A stretch of 64,000 nt of DNA from Carcharhinus amblyrhynchos (Eukaryota), in assembly GCA_965287045.1 (NCBI GenBank), contig OZ336882.1:72974001-73038000 (forward strand). The letters run 5' to 3'. The notes under the pieces were generated by a model. The model ran no database searches. It had not been told where the DNA came from and was given only the letters and a program-made list of their open reading frames with translations. Numbering within the stretch: position 1 is the first letter of the stretch; the number at the start of each line of letters is the position of its first letter. Shown piece after piece: positions 11,881 through 23,696 of this stretch. The translations under genes and the position numbers were made by a program.

Positions 11881-12559
11881 ATCTTCCATTTTAGTTTGTC
11901 ACTTCACTGAACTTCATGAAAATTAGGCTTGTTGTAAGTAACATGTCTGATTCTGTATCATTCGTCCACCATATATTGGCACTGCACACAGCACTAAATG
12001 CTGTGATGCTTGGCATGGATCACACTGCTATTCACCAAACACAACGTGTTCCTTTCCCAATGGGTCACACAACTTGTCTTCTCATTTTTTTCTGCTTCAT
12101 GAATAAGGTTTTACATTTGGATTGCCACTCAATGAGGTTCTGAATTTATGTTATGGAGCTTAACTGGTTATTGTATAAAATTAATATTATGCTTATATTG
12201 GTGTATTGACGGTTTACATTACGCCCCAGTTTAAGGATGGTGGAGTAAAATCTCATGAATTGCTTACCTCTCCCCCTACCTAACACGCCTGGGCTTCAGC
12301 TCTCATTCTCGCTGTCTTCATCACTCTCTTTCTAACTCGGTTTCTTTTTCTCCCTCGCTTTTACTGCATCTGTTTTATTCAAACAAAGCCAGAAGATAAG
12401 GTATTCTCCCTCATTTCACTGAATTTCCCACTGACACATTTCCAATTCTTTTTGCACTTCTTCTCCCTTCATACAGTCCTCAGCTTAACCTATGTGAAAA
12501 AATCTATATGTTGCCTCACTTACTTCACTCCTAACTTCCTCTTTCCACTGCGATGCAAA

Positions 12560-13020
12560 TGCATATTGCCACTTGTCAGCACAAGCATGGATATAATGTA
12601 AACATTTCTGCACTTGTCCTGCTTCATTATGCGAGGAGTTGGAAGAGGAGCTGGGAATTGTGCAATCATTTGCAAGCCACTTCTGATTTGTTGATGGACA
12701 GAACGTCACTGACGAAGGAATTGAAGATAGTTGGTCCGTGAACACTACCCTGAAGAACTTCCACAGCGATGTCCTGGAAATGTAACCACCTAAACCACTT
12801 TCATTTGTGTGAGGTATGATTCCTACTAGCAGAAAAGTTGACCTTGATTCCCATTGACACCAGTTTTGTTGGTGATTCTTCAGCTGATACATGGTCAACC
12901 ACTCTCTTTCTGACAAGAGAAGTCACCCTCAACATGCTTCTTTGTAACGTCACGTTATTGTCTCTCATGCGGGCTGGATCAGACACTATCAGAAATTCAT
13001 GGCGTCTGATTGACAGCCCT
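12560..13020 (-). mobile_element. Decayed non-LTR RT fragment, same family as 44900-46640 (homologs ~30420-30870 and ~63450-63925)
   Basis: The reverse complement resembles 45600-45910 (catcttcagctg...aggtcagaa...gctgacaagtggcaa). Confidence 0.6.
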
Positions 13021-13274
13021 GGTCTATAACGAAGAGATAAAGAAAGAGACAGGAGGTAAAAGTAGAATATGACGTCCCTTTAATGTCCCACATCATAAAA
13101 GATCCATCAGCAACCAAAAGTAATGTTAAGTTTCACTGCTTCCAATTCCATTGGCTTCCAGTGAACCAGTAAATTGTTTGGAATAATAATTGTGACCCTT
13201 TTGGAACCTTCCCTGCCCTGATTTGCCTTCTTGTAATCCCAAAGCATACAATTTTGTATGTTCTGTTATTTTTT

Positions 13275-13545
13275 TGGTCGCAAAATTGTTAGCACTGAAA
13301 TCTCACAGCGCCAGAGACCCTCGTTTTATTCCTCTCTTGGGTCAGGTTCTCTCCACGCCTGTATGCTTTCCTTCAGATGCTCTGGTTTCCTCCTAATAGG
13401 AATGACATATTGGTTAGATGCATTGGCGATGTTAAGTTCAGCCTCCCTGTCCCTGAGAACGCGCCAGCATGTAGCTTCTAGGTGATTTCCACAGCAACAT
13501 CATTGCAATGTTAATGTTAGCCGACTCGTGATACTTATAAATAAC
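13275..13545 (+). mobile_element. Old decayed tRNA-derived SINE (homolog 47820-48082)
   Basis: gttagcactg..ctcacagcgccagagaccc head, ctctggtttcctcc core, and a tail similar to the SINE at 35650-35935. Confidence 0.65.
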
Positions 13546-16500
13546 CTTAAAACTTTTCAGGCCCTTGCTGTGACAGAGATTTTCAAATTATTCACAGCAT
13601 AGCACAGTCGCAGACATCTTTCACTCAATGTACTCCGGCATCAGGGATTCAAAGTAACATACATTTAGACTAATCAATGGAATTTGTTTTGCCATTCAAA
13701 GATCTCATAATTAATTTGTGCCCAACTCTATAGACATACGTATTACAATTCCCCATTCTTGACCTTTAAAATATATACAGATAAAGCCATCCTTCTTGCT
13801 AACTGATGAAAACTCTAACACTCTTAACCATCTCTCTATCGTTCTTTACATCTGAAGTTTCCGAGATATCTAACGCAGATAGCTGGAAGTTGGCATTGCT
13901 GAAATGAGCACCCAGTCTGTGCTGTGCATGCATGTGTTAATGCATCACACGGTGCGGTCACAGATCCTAGGTTGACTCTAAGATTCCTCAATCAGTTGAC
14001 CTGCTGCTGTTCGGAAACCTGCCCAGAGGATGAGCAGACAGATGGAGACTTGCTGCACTGCAAAATGTAGCGGCAAATTATGATCAGAATTCTGCCTCTG
14101 GTTTGCAAGAGGAGTATTCTTAAAAGCTTAGTTTTGTCCATTCCTCGATATCAATAATTTAAATGCCAGAATTCAAAATTATTTCATTAACTCGGCTCAA
14201 ATTGTAGTGAAGTTCAGCTTGTAAAGATTTCAGAGCTGGAGACAAAATGCATTAAAAATTGTGTGTTCCCTATAAAAGCTGATATTTTGTTAAAAGTACT
14301 CGGAGTTTTAAAATGAGAAGTACATCTGATAGTCAAGATGAAACATTTGTATCTCAGTGTCAGACAATAATCTTGAATAGTAACCTGTTTGTGTTTGAAT
14401 GTTGTCTAATTGATTTAAAGCAGACACTCAGCGAGCAAAAGCCTGTAAGATTTGAAATTGATGTTACTGATAATGGTGGACGATTCCGATTGTAGGAAAG
14501 TTGATCGTTCATGGTAGGTGCAGAAGAGATTGCAAGGGGTGGGGGTGGGGGGGCAAAAAAAACATTTGGCTGGCAACTGCCATCTTTCAATCCTTGAGGG
14601 AGACAGAGCACACAAATGCCACTTGCCAAGAGCAAAGGGTTTTAGGCTCGACACACTTTGCCAGATTCAGATATCTCCCAAGTGAACACATAATCTAACC
14701 AGTGAAAGGTGCCGAACCATAAATAACTCACAGACAGAAAACTCAACCGAAAAACTTAGAAGATTCCAAAGGATACCAAACCTTTGCATACTTACTGGGA
14801 GTGAGAAAACTATTGTTTTGTTGTTAATGAATGGACATTGGTTCTCTCAGATGAATGGACAACTGGCCTTAATGTGGAGTAACACGAATTAGTGTGGGTT
14901 CAATTCTAATATCGGCGGTGTTATTCAAAAATAATGGCCTTCCCAATCTTGACATTTTCTGGTTGAGTCACTACCACAAAGTTGGGAAATATTTTTACAG
15001 ACATATTTTGTGGGGTGAAGGGCGGAGGGAGAGGGGGAGGGAGTGAGTGTAGGGAAGGGGTGTGGAAGGAGGGAGGAGCGGAGGGAGGGGCAGGGAAGAG
15101 GGATGGAAAGTTGTGGAGGGAGGGGAGGGAGAGAGGAGGGGGACGGGAGTGGCGGGGTGAGGGAGGGGGAGGGAAGTGTTGAGGATATGGGGGAGTGAGG
15201 GGGGTGTGAGGGGGAGGGTGGGGCGATGGAGGGGGTGAGCGAGGGGCGAGAGGATGGTCGAGGGAGGAAGGAGATAATGTGTGGGTGAGTGGCTGGTGTT
15301 TGGGTTTCAAGCGGGTAAGTGGAAACTGGATATGAGTCCATAATCCGATCATTCACGCTTCTATATGTCACAATGTAAATTCCCCATAATGTTCCAGTAA
15401 TGTTTCAGTGTGTGAGAATTCTTAGAGAGTACTGGACTGAACTACTGTAATGCCAGTCTTGCAAAACAGAAAGTTGTTGATAATGTATTGGTGAATGTCG
15501 CAGTGAAATGTGTTCATACATTTTGAAAGAGAATATAGAAGGTGATGCATCCCTAAACTATCTGAAAATGATACTAAGGAATAATGCCAAGTATTTGAAT
15601 TTCCAACATGGCTGACACGTGGTACTGCAAACCAGCAGAGACAGTTTAGTAAATACTTCGAATCGAACAAAGACAATTCTGGAAGGGAAGCTTACATAAA
15701 AGGTGGCTATCACATTTCTAATTAAATGAAGTTAAAGTGCTGAAGCAGGTAATGTTGAAATCGCTAATTCAGGGTCACAGGTTCCGGGTGACCATCCAAT
15801 GACATTCATATAAGTGTCGATTTGAAGCATTACTTTGAACTAAGCCAGGTTTCCAAATCAGTCCATATTGCTTACCACTTCCAGCCCAGCCTCCTCCCAG
15901 CTTTCCTTGTCTGATTCTGGTATCACACTCCACATTTTCCTTCTCGCTCACATACCTATACAATTCCCTCCTCATTGCCCATTCACCTTAACTTGGCATG
16001 GATTAAGAATTGTTTAGCAGGCTGAAACCAAAGGGTAGGGACAAATGGACATTTTCGAAGTTACAGGCAGTGATTTCGGGAACCCTCAGGGATCTGGGCT
16101 GGGCCCAGCTATTTAAAAGATGCTTCAGTGATTTCGATGAGGGAAGCGGAAATAACATTGGCAACGTTTCTCTCACAAAACGCGAGCGGAACCTGAGTGG
16201 TATGGAGGATTCTTAGAGATAGAAGTTGATTTAGGCAAGTTAAGTGTGCGGGAAGACACATTACAGATGCCGTACAATGTGGGCAAATGTAATGTAAATA
16301 ACGTTGGACAGAGAAAAAGAATGTTAGAATATTATTTATATCGTGATAGACGGGGAAGTGTCGACAAAGAAAGAGACCTCGATGTCGTTGCCTACTAGAT
16401 ATTAAAGAAATCATGCAGGCAAGGCAAGCAGACAGGTGGTAATTGATAGGCTGGCCTTCATTGAAAGAGGACTTCAGTGAAGGAACAAGAATGTCAGACT

Positions 16501-17899
16501 GGAGATGTCCAAGGCATTGCTGTGAACACTACAGAAGTATTGTGTGCAGTTTTGGCTCATGATCTGAGAAAGGAGTGGAGCTAATTGACACCAGACTGAT
16601 TTCTGGGAAAGCGTGTTTCCAGCATGAGATGAGAATGAGTTGAATGTACATGCATCAACTGGAAATTAGAACAATTTGAAAATGCAAAAAATATTTGACA
16701 TGTTTGGAAAGATTGGATGTTGGGATGCCATTTCGATGGCAGAGTGGGAAGGGGATCAATAATGAGATGTCACGACTTTTGAATATTGGTGGGCCATTAA
16801 CGATTGAGGTGAGGAGAGACGTCTTCACTCAGAGGGTGGTGAGCCTGCGGAATTCTCTACTACAGATGATGGTGGTGGTAAATAAGCTGAATATATTTAA
16901 TAACAACATGTAGGGAGACCAGAATAAGTTCAGTAGGCTGAAACTAGATAGGGAGGGATTTTCGTATGAGGAGACGTTGAGCAGCTTGTGCCTGTTTAAA
17001 AGAATGAGAGACGACCTGATTGATACATATAATACTCATCGACCTTCTTGAGACACATAAGGTGCTTGACAGGATGGTTGCTGAAACAGGGGTTCTCCTT
17101 GTAGGACGGTCTTGGAGTAAAGGGAATTATCTCAGCGGAAGGGGTCGTCCGTTTAATACAAAAATGAAGTGTAATTTCTTCTCCCAGAGAATACTGAATC
17201 CATGGAATACTTCAATGCGTCTGCTTTCAAGGCTGTCTCGCTGAGTATGCCCAAAGTTGAAAAAAAGGCTCATTGTAAGAGGGCTTCAGTACAAAAAAAA
17301 GATATCTGATTGGAGTTGTGTAAGTCTTTGTTGAAACCACAACAGTGTTAGTGTTTAGTCGCTGCTATTAGCATCGCTATAAGATGAGCAACAGAAATGT
17401 TAAACTAACTTCAAAACAATCATGTTAGAGTCGCATAACTATCAGCGAAAGCAGCGTTGGTTTGCACCAGTAACTTTTTTTTTATTGAGTTCGCACCAAT
17501 AACAGAATCATTTAATGCCAGTGATGACACTTTTAAACATTTTCCATCAAGCTATACTTTTTTTCGAAAATATCAAACACAGAACCTGAGACACTTCAGC
17601 TCCGGGGATTTTAGTTCGTCAAGAGTGCACTCCCTCTGAGATTCCAATCCATTCCGCTTGGTGACTTGGAAGCTTGGAGCTGAGGGGCATCATTACCGAA
17701 TATCTGGACCCGGGTGCAATGAGGCAAAAAAATGCATCTTTATTTGTTTAGTGACAACGACTAATCACGTGCAAGATTATGTCACCTGATTTTATTAGCA
17801 GAGTCTCGATTGTTACATAAATGGTGCTCATTGACACTTGAGAGATCGACTTTGCGTGGAATATAAGAATTCGGAGACAATTCCCCTCCTCTTCCTAAA

Positions 17900-17969
17900 A
17901 TGGTGCGAGCCGTAATCCTGCTCATAAAGGACATTTACTATCCTCTGCTTGCGGCCTTTGGTGTTCCAG
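17900..17969 (+). CDS. GPR139-like: GPR139-like gene B, coding exon 1 (MVRAVILLIKDIYYPLLAAFGVP)
   Basis: 70 nt exon from ATG 17900 to CCAG|GTAAGT; paralogous to 2291-2360; phase 1. Confidence 0.9.
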
Positions 17970-19490
17970 GTAAGTCCGAATATATCCTGTCGATGAATAG
18001 TTATGAGACTATCTGACTTTTGTGTCGTCACTGATCATTTTAACAACTTGCCCATCATAATATCATAAAGTGCTCCTCCAAAATTTCATGCAGGAGGCGA
18101 GACATCATCCAGGTGAACAAATCGCGGACAACGGCAGCTTGAAATTTATTTCCCTGGCCCAGAATTGTCTTCCTATGTGTACAGTAGGCAGCTCTGCTCT
18201 GTTCCCAATTATAACTGTAAAGGCTTTATATGCAATTAACGATTATTCGAGCTACAGTCATTTCCATCCCACCTCTTTGAAAGATAATTTGTCCATCATT
18301 TGTTTAAAGAACAACAAATGCTTCAATGTGCATCCGGAGATTCCTCCAGGTGGCTTAACTCGCTACTGAAGATCTCGTCATGTTATTGTGGGATGTACTC
18401 AGGCTCTTACTATTCAAGGTGGAGTACATTATGCAGCCAGGGGTAAACCATCGGCTGTATCTAACGCCCTGGCAACCTTTGAGGTGGCTGTCTATGTTAA
18501 AAGTTCATTTTAAGGCGATAAAGACCAACATGTCCTCAGCTTCTTTGCCGAGCTGCTATGTTATCCTATAATGAAACGATGCAACATGAAATCAATTGCT
18601 AGTCATCTCAATGGGCCAGAGGGATTTCACGAGCTTCACCAGGCATAAGCAATATAAAACATAGTGTTGCAGTAATTTCCACGATTTGATACACGTAGGT
18701 ATAGTGACAGTAAGTGAAAATAAAATCTTATATGTCATCACTGGACTCCACTTGTGCCACAGAATAGACGATGTGGCATCCATGTCTCTCAGATTGTTTT
18801 TGCACTGATTCGAACTCAATGTGGGGAAATGCCTTTTTTTGCTCCGATGCCAACTGTGAGAGATGAATATCTACTTCACCCTTGAAGCTCTTCCCATTAA
18901 TGGTACGAATTATCTGGAATTGCAAATGTCAGCTGAAAAAAAAATGACAATGGAAATCATTGGAGCCCCGTTGAAGTTTCCCTGTAGGCCTCCGCTGGTG
19001 ATTAACCCCCGTCCATCATTCAGCTTTACGGACATATACAAGAACAACAAAAAAAAACATTATGGACAGGACAAGAATGCTGAAATCAAGCAGAAAGCGT
19101 TGGAGATAAACACCACGTCAGGTGGCACATGGTGCTCAGGAGAACAGGGGAGGATAGTCACCCAGCATACCCGAGTGTCGGCAGCACCATGGTGACGCTA
19201 AATGTGGAACTACATGCACGCTAAACAAGTGATATAATGAGAAAAGAAAGAATTAGCGTTTATACTTCTATTGACAGCCCACAGAATTGAAAGGTTATCT
19301 CTGCTTGCATTTCCACATAGGCTGCCTGACTTGATTTCCAGCATTTTTGCACTGCGCTCACTGTTGAGGAAGAATCTCCCGCTTGTGTGTCGCTGTTGAA
19401 TATTCCCCTTCAATCGGTGCTTAAAACTTATAATACTCCTCCCCCACCACCCCCCCAGCCATCTTCCACGCCCCCCATGCCTTTCCTCTG

Positions 19491-19640
19491 ATAAGAGAGG
19501 GGATTAAGGGTTATGGGGAGAGGGCGGGAAAGTGGAACTGAGCCACGACAGATCAGCCATGATCTTATTGAATGGCGGGGCAGGCTCGAAGGGCCAGATG
19601 GCCTACTCCTGCTCCTATTTCTTATGTTCTTATGTTCTTA
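19491..19640 (+). mobile_element. 150 bp 3' end of the same young CR1 LINE in the intron of gene B
   Basis: Reads identical to ~27022-27169; absent from the introns of A (~3765) and C (~53670). Confidence 0.92.
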
Positions 19641-19844
19641 TTTATGTTCTCCAACATAGTCGATTCTCTTTTCTTCTGGGAGAGATTATTTAATTTGGTA
19701 TTGATTTTTATCCTTTTATTCCCTCATTCCCATTAAAGTGCTCTGTTTCCATGGCACATGCACACACTCTGCTAAGTAGTCAAATAGATAATCCTTTCTT
19801 TTAGATTGACTGAAATGTTCTTATTTTCCTTCCTCTTCTTGCAG

Positions 19845-20749
19845 CGAACATTATGACCATCGTGATCCTCTCCAGAGGAAATTGTGGTCTCTCCAAATGT
19901 ATCTCTGTCTACATGGTGGCTATGGCTGTAGCGGATCTGCTGATCATGGTGTTCAATGTAGTCGTGTATCTGATCTTCAATTATCACTTTCCGTACTCCA
20001 TTCTGTCCTACACTGCTGTTTGTAAGTTCATTCTGTACATTGCTTTTGTTACTTTGGATATGTCAGTGTGGTTCACAGTTTCATTTACATTTGACCGCTT
20101 TGTTTCCATCTGTTGTCCGAACTTTAAAGAGAAATATTGCACGAAGAGAACTGCAACTACGATTATAGTGACGGCCTCAGCTTTGACCTATTTAAAAGGT
20201 GTTCCTATGTTCTTTTCGTACGAAGCTGAACGAATCATTGACAATGTGCACTGGGGCTGTCGGACAACGCAGGCCGTTTATACATTGCCCGCATGGTCTG
20301 TGTACAGTTGGATGCAGTCCAGCTCAGTTGTGCTGTTGCCTTTTGCTCTCATGATGTTGTTTAATTCTTTAACTGTCAGACGTATTTTGCTGGCAAATCG
20401 TGTACGCAGAGGTTTCCGGAATAGGGGAAGTGAGAGTCAGAGTGACCCAGAAGTGAAGAGCAGAAGAAAATCCATCCTTCTACTCTTCACGATATCAGGC
20501 AGCTTCATAATTTTGTGGTTAACAGCTGTTGGGAGTTTTGCAGCCACCAGAATGTCGAACAGCGTTTACCATCAAGGAGATTACTCCAATCCGGGGTATA
20601 TCGCCACCGAGAGTGGATATCTGCTCATGTACCTGAGTTCCTGTTCTAACACCTGCATTTATGCAGCGACCCAAAGGAAATTCAGAGGAGAACTAAAGAA
20701 TGCGCTGAAAATTCCTTGGGCATATTTTTCCAAATTGGTGAAAGGTTAG
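19845..20749 (+). CDS. GPR139-like: GPR139-like gene B, coding exon 2 (spliced protein 324 aa)
   Basis: ttcctcttcttgcag| acceptor; intact 298 aa ORF 19853-20749; about 21 amino-acid differences from gene A exon 2 by hand count. Confidence 0.92.
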
Positions 20750-21084
20750 AAAGAATTTAAGGCAATAAATGATTTCTCTCCAAACTGAAGCATTATTTTT
20801 CGTATGTTTTCCTGCACAAGAATACTGCCCATCTTAGAATCTGACAATGAGAGATGTTGTTAAATGACATAAACGATGTTGAATAAAAGTTGATGAAAGC
20901 AAACACTTGAAGTGATCACCAAAGCACAACACCATCAGAGATCATGTGGTGCCACTGGAGAAGGGATTTGTGAACACATCAACTACGATAGTGTAGTCAC
21001 TGTTCATTCTTACCACTTGCCTATTAATGGAATACTATAGTTGCTCTACTAATGCTTGTTCGGATAAGGAACCGTTGCTAAAAT

Positions 21085-21180
21085 TGTGTGTGTGTGTCTG
21101 TGCCGGGGGGCGGGGTGGGGGGGGGGTGGTGGGGGGGGGGGGGGTCGGGGGGTGGGGGGATGGTGGGGGGGGGAGGGGGA
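21085..21180 (+). repeat. (TG)n plus expanded G-run tract, copy B only
   Basis: ~80 nt of near-pure G runs where A has only tgtatgtgggggg (5221-5233). Confidence 0.85.
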
Positions 21181-22379
21181 ATTATGGCCGAAACGTTTTC
21201 TCTTACAATTGAGAGTTAAACTTCAGCATGAAAAGAGACTGAATATTTGTTCGATAGATGCATGTGAGTGCATCACATTGCACAGAGAGCTAGGGAGAGA
21301 CTTGTTGTTCTCGAAAGGGAAAGGTACTTATGCAAAATGCTTAAGAAATGGAGCGCTTCAACGAGAGATGCTGGGCCAGCATGACATTACATGGGTGGCG
21401 TTGGTTGGGGGGGAGTGGGATGGAATTGGGCTTAGGATGGGTGAATAGGTAGGAATGTGGCACACTTGCATTTATTCACCGAGATATAGAATATAAGAGC
21501 AGGGCGCTTACGATGGAGCTGAATAAAGCAAACTTCAGGGCATAGCTCGTGTTCGTTCTGCATTTCTGGTCATTACACCATATAAGGGTTGTGTGGCGAG
21601 AGAGGGCGTAAAGGAGATTTACGACGTTGCCGGACCAAGGGAATTACCACTACAAAGAGAAGCTCCGCTTGGCTTGGTTGTTTTCCCTAGAACAGTGAAC
21701 GCTGAGGCGGGGGACGGGGGTGAGGAATAGGGGTGGGGTAACGATCGGAGTGTATAGATTTTGAGGTACATGGGTAGGGAATTATCAAATTAATAAAGCT
21801 GTCAATGACCAGAGGAGATAGGCTCATATATTTAAATATAAGGTTCTGGCAGGAGATTTAGAGGGAATTTGAGGGAAATCCTCTTTCTACTAAGAGGATG
21901 ATGGACAGTCGGAAATCATAGACTGAAATTGTTGTAGGATTGGGGAACATCACGTTATTAAAACACACACACATTTAGAGGAGCATTTAAAATGTCATAA
22001 CATATCAGGCTAAAACTCTACGAGATCTGAGGTTTGAGTGTGCGGAAAGAGTACCGACTGCCAAAGCACTTCATTCAAATCAGAATGTCGGAACCAGAGG
22101 TAATGTGTTGGTGAAAAACATTAGTAGCCGCATGCACCTGGGACAATGATAAGGAAATGACAAAAGAGCCAGAAAGAAATGGGAAGAAAATGCTAATAAC
22201 AGTACTGGGCTAATTTTCTGGAATCCTAGAACGAAGATCCATGAAATTTTGTTCCTGTCCTTGCATGGTACTGGGAAATTTACATTCAACGAATTATTCC
22301 ATGTTGATTTTTTTTAAATGTCCCAAAAATAACATACATAATATCAAATATTTTATAAAAAAGTACATAGATGGTTAAA

Positions 22380-22892
22380 GTGGGGAATTCTGGTTCTGGT
22401 GGCCGGAAAGAAAAAAAAAGTTACTTTGATCAGTAAACTCTTGCGAAAGTAAAAGCAACTTAGTCTTCAAAGTGTAATAAACGTTTATTTTAATGACTAG
22501 ATTTATTAAACATTGGAATGTTGGAATCAAAAACATTGCAAATTAAAATTATTCAGATAATACAAACACGCAATTAAGACAAGACAAATTTCTTTTGACC
22601 GAGAATGCTTCCACGCTCATTTGCTGTGTCGATGAAATCATAAATGTCCCCTTCGGTTGAAGTAAGTTTGCCTTGTCTTAATTGCATGTTTGCATATTCT
22701 GAATATTGTTACTTTGCAATGGTTTTGATTTTAAAATTTCAATGTTGAAATAAAAGTAGTTTTAAATAAAATTTTATTACGCATTGAGGATTGAGTTTCG
22801 TTGACCTTTGCAAGCGTTTCAATTTTAAATCAAATTTGGTTTCCTTAGAACTCTCTGATGTTATCCAGCTACCAAAATAGAATTCTCTACTC
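22380..22892. repeat. ~510 bp imperfect palindrome (MITE-like), intact only in copy B
   Basis: Left arm aaacacgcaattaagacaagacaaatttcttttgaccga pairs with right arm tcggttgaagtaagtttgccttgtcttaattgcatgttt; pairing continues outward to gaattct at both ends; loop ~22605-22650. Confidence 0.8.
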
Positions 22893-23696
22893 CAGTTTAG
22901 CAACAGTGCGGGATGTCCTTGGAACATCGACGATCCGCTAACTGTATCTTCCAGAACGGGGTGAGTATATTTTGATTAAAAAAAAACAAAACATGTTCAC
23001 CTTACATTTCAATCAGGAGGTGCACCATAGATTGTCAAAATTCAGGATATACCTCAACTCTTGTGGGGTCGGAAAGGTAAAACTGATTGCTGTTGTTCTG
23101 CACTTACAGGGAATGAAAGTGTTACAGTAAAGAGGCGCGCTTAATTCGGGTGGGGGTTGGGTGGGGCAGGGTGGAAACGATCTGGTTACGCTGGGAGAGA
23201 AACAGAGGCGTTCCTGTTGCTGAAGTTTTTAAGAAAGGCCGTGGGAAGGAATGTTAAATTAGGGGGGTAACGTTACACCTTCGACAGGAGCAATTGGTTT
23301 AATTTAGTATTGTCAGAAAACAAAAAAAAGTTGGGGGGAGCAGGAAATAGAGGTAAAATAACCACTTAATTTACTTATAGTACTCGGGAAATTAATAAAA
23401 AGGACTCAAAATTTTGTGGGCACCAACAAAGGGTTTAACATCAATAAAACACTTAAAAATCAAGTTATGTATTCTGTGTTAAAAAAGGGCACATTGTCAA
23501 AAAAAGAAATGCTGTAAACAAGCCAAGTTTGAAACAACCAGAACGGTAAGCCATTCAGTTCTATTCAGGATGAATCTTCGTGTTTTAAAAAATTGCAGCA
23601 AATGATAGGAATTTTTCATTCAAATCTCAATACAATCGGAAAGGGGAAAATGTTTATTCGAAGTTACAAAAAAGAAAGTCGGTGGCGAAGTTTAAA

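Larger units (their letters stand above)
1..13070 (+). repeat. Segmental duplication unit, copy A (5' end outside the window)
   Basis: Position 1 aligns with ~14944 and ~49291; collinear ORFs and repeats recur in all three copies. Confidence 0.93.

Noticed and set aside
12485-12916. 143 aa minus-strand ORF suggesting a co-duplicated host gene
   Set aside because: The DNA is a decayed LINE RT fragment read off-frame; ORF length differs among copies.
13800-13870. CTGATGA as a possible hammerhead ribozyme core (also 47267)
   Set aside because: No correctly placed GAAA or flanking stems were found.
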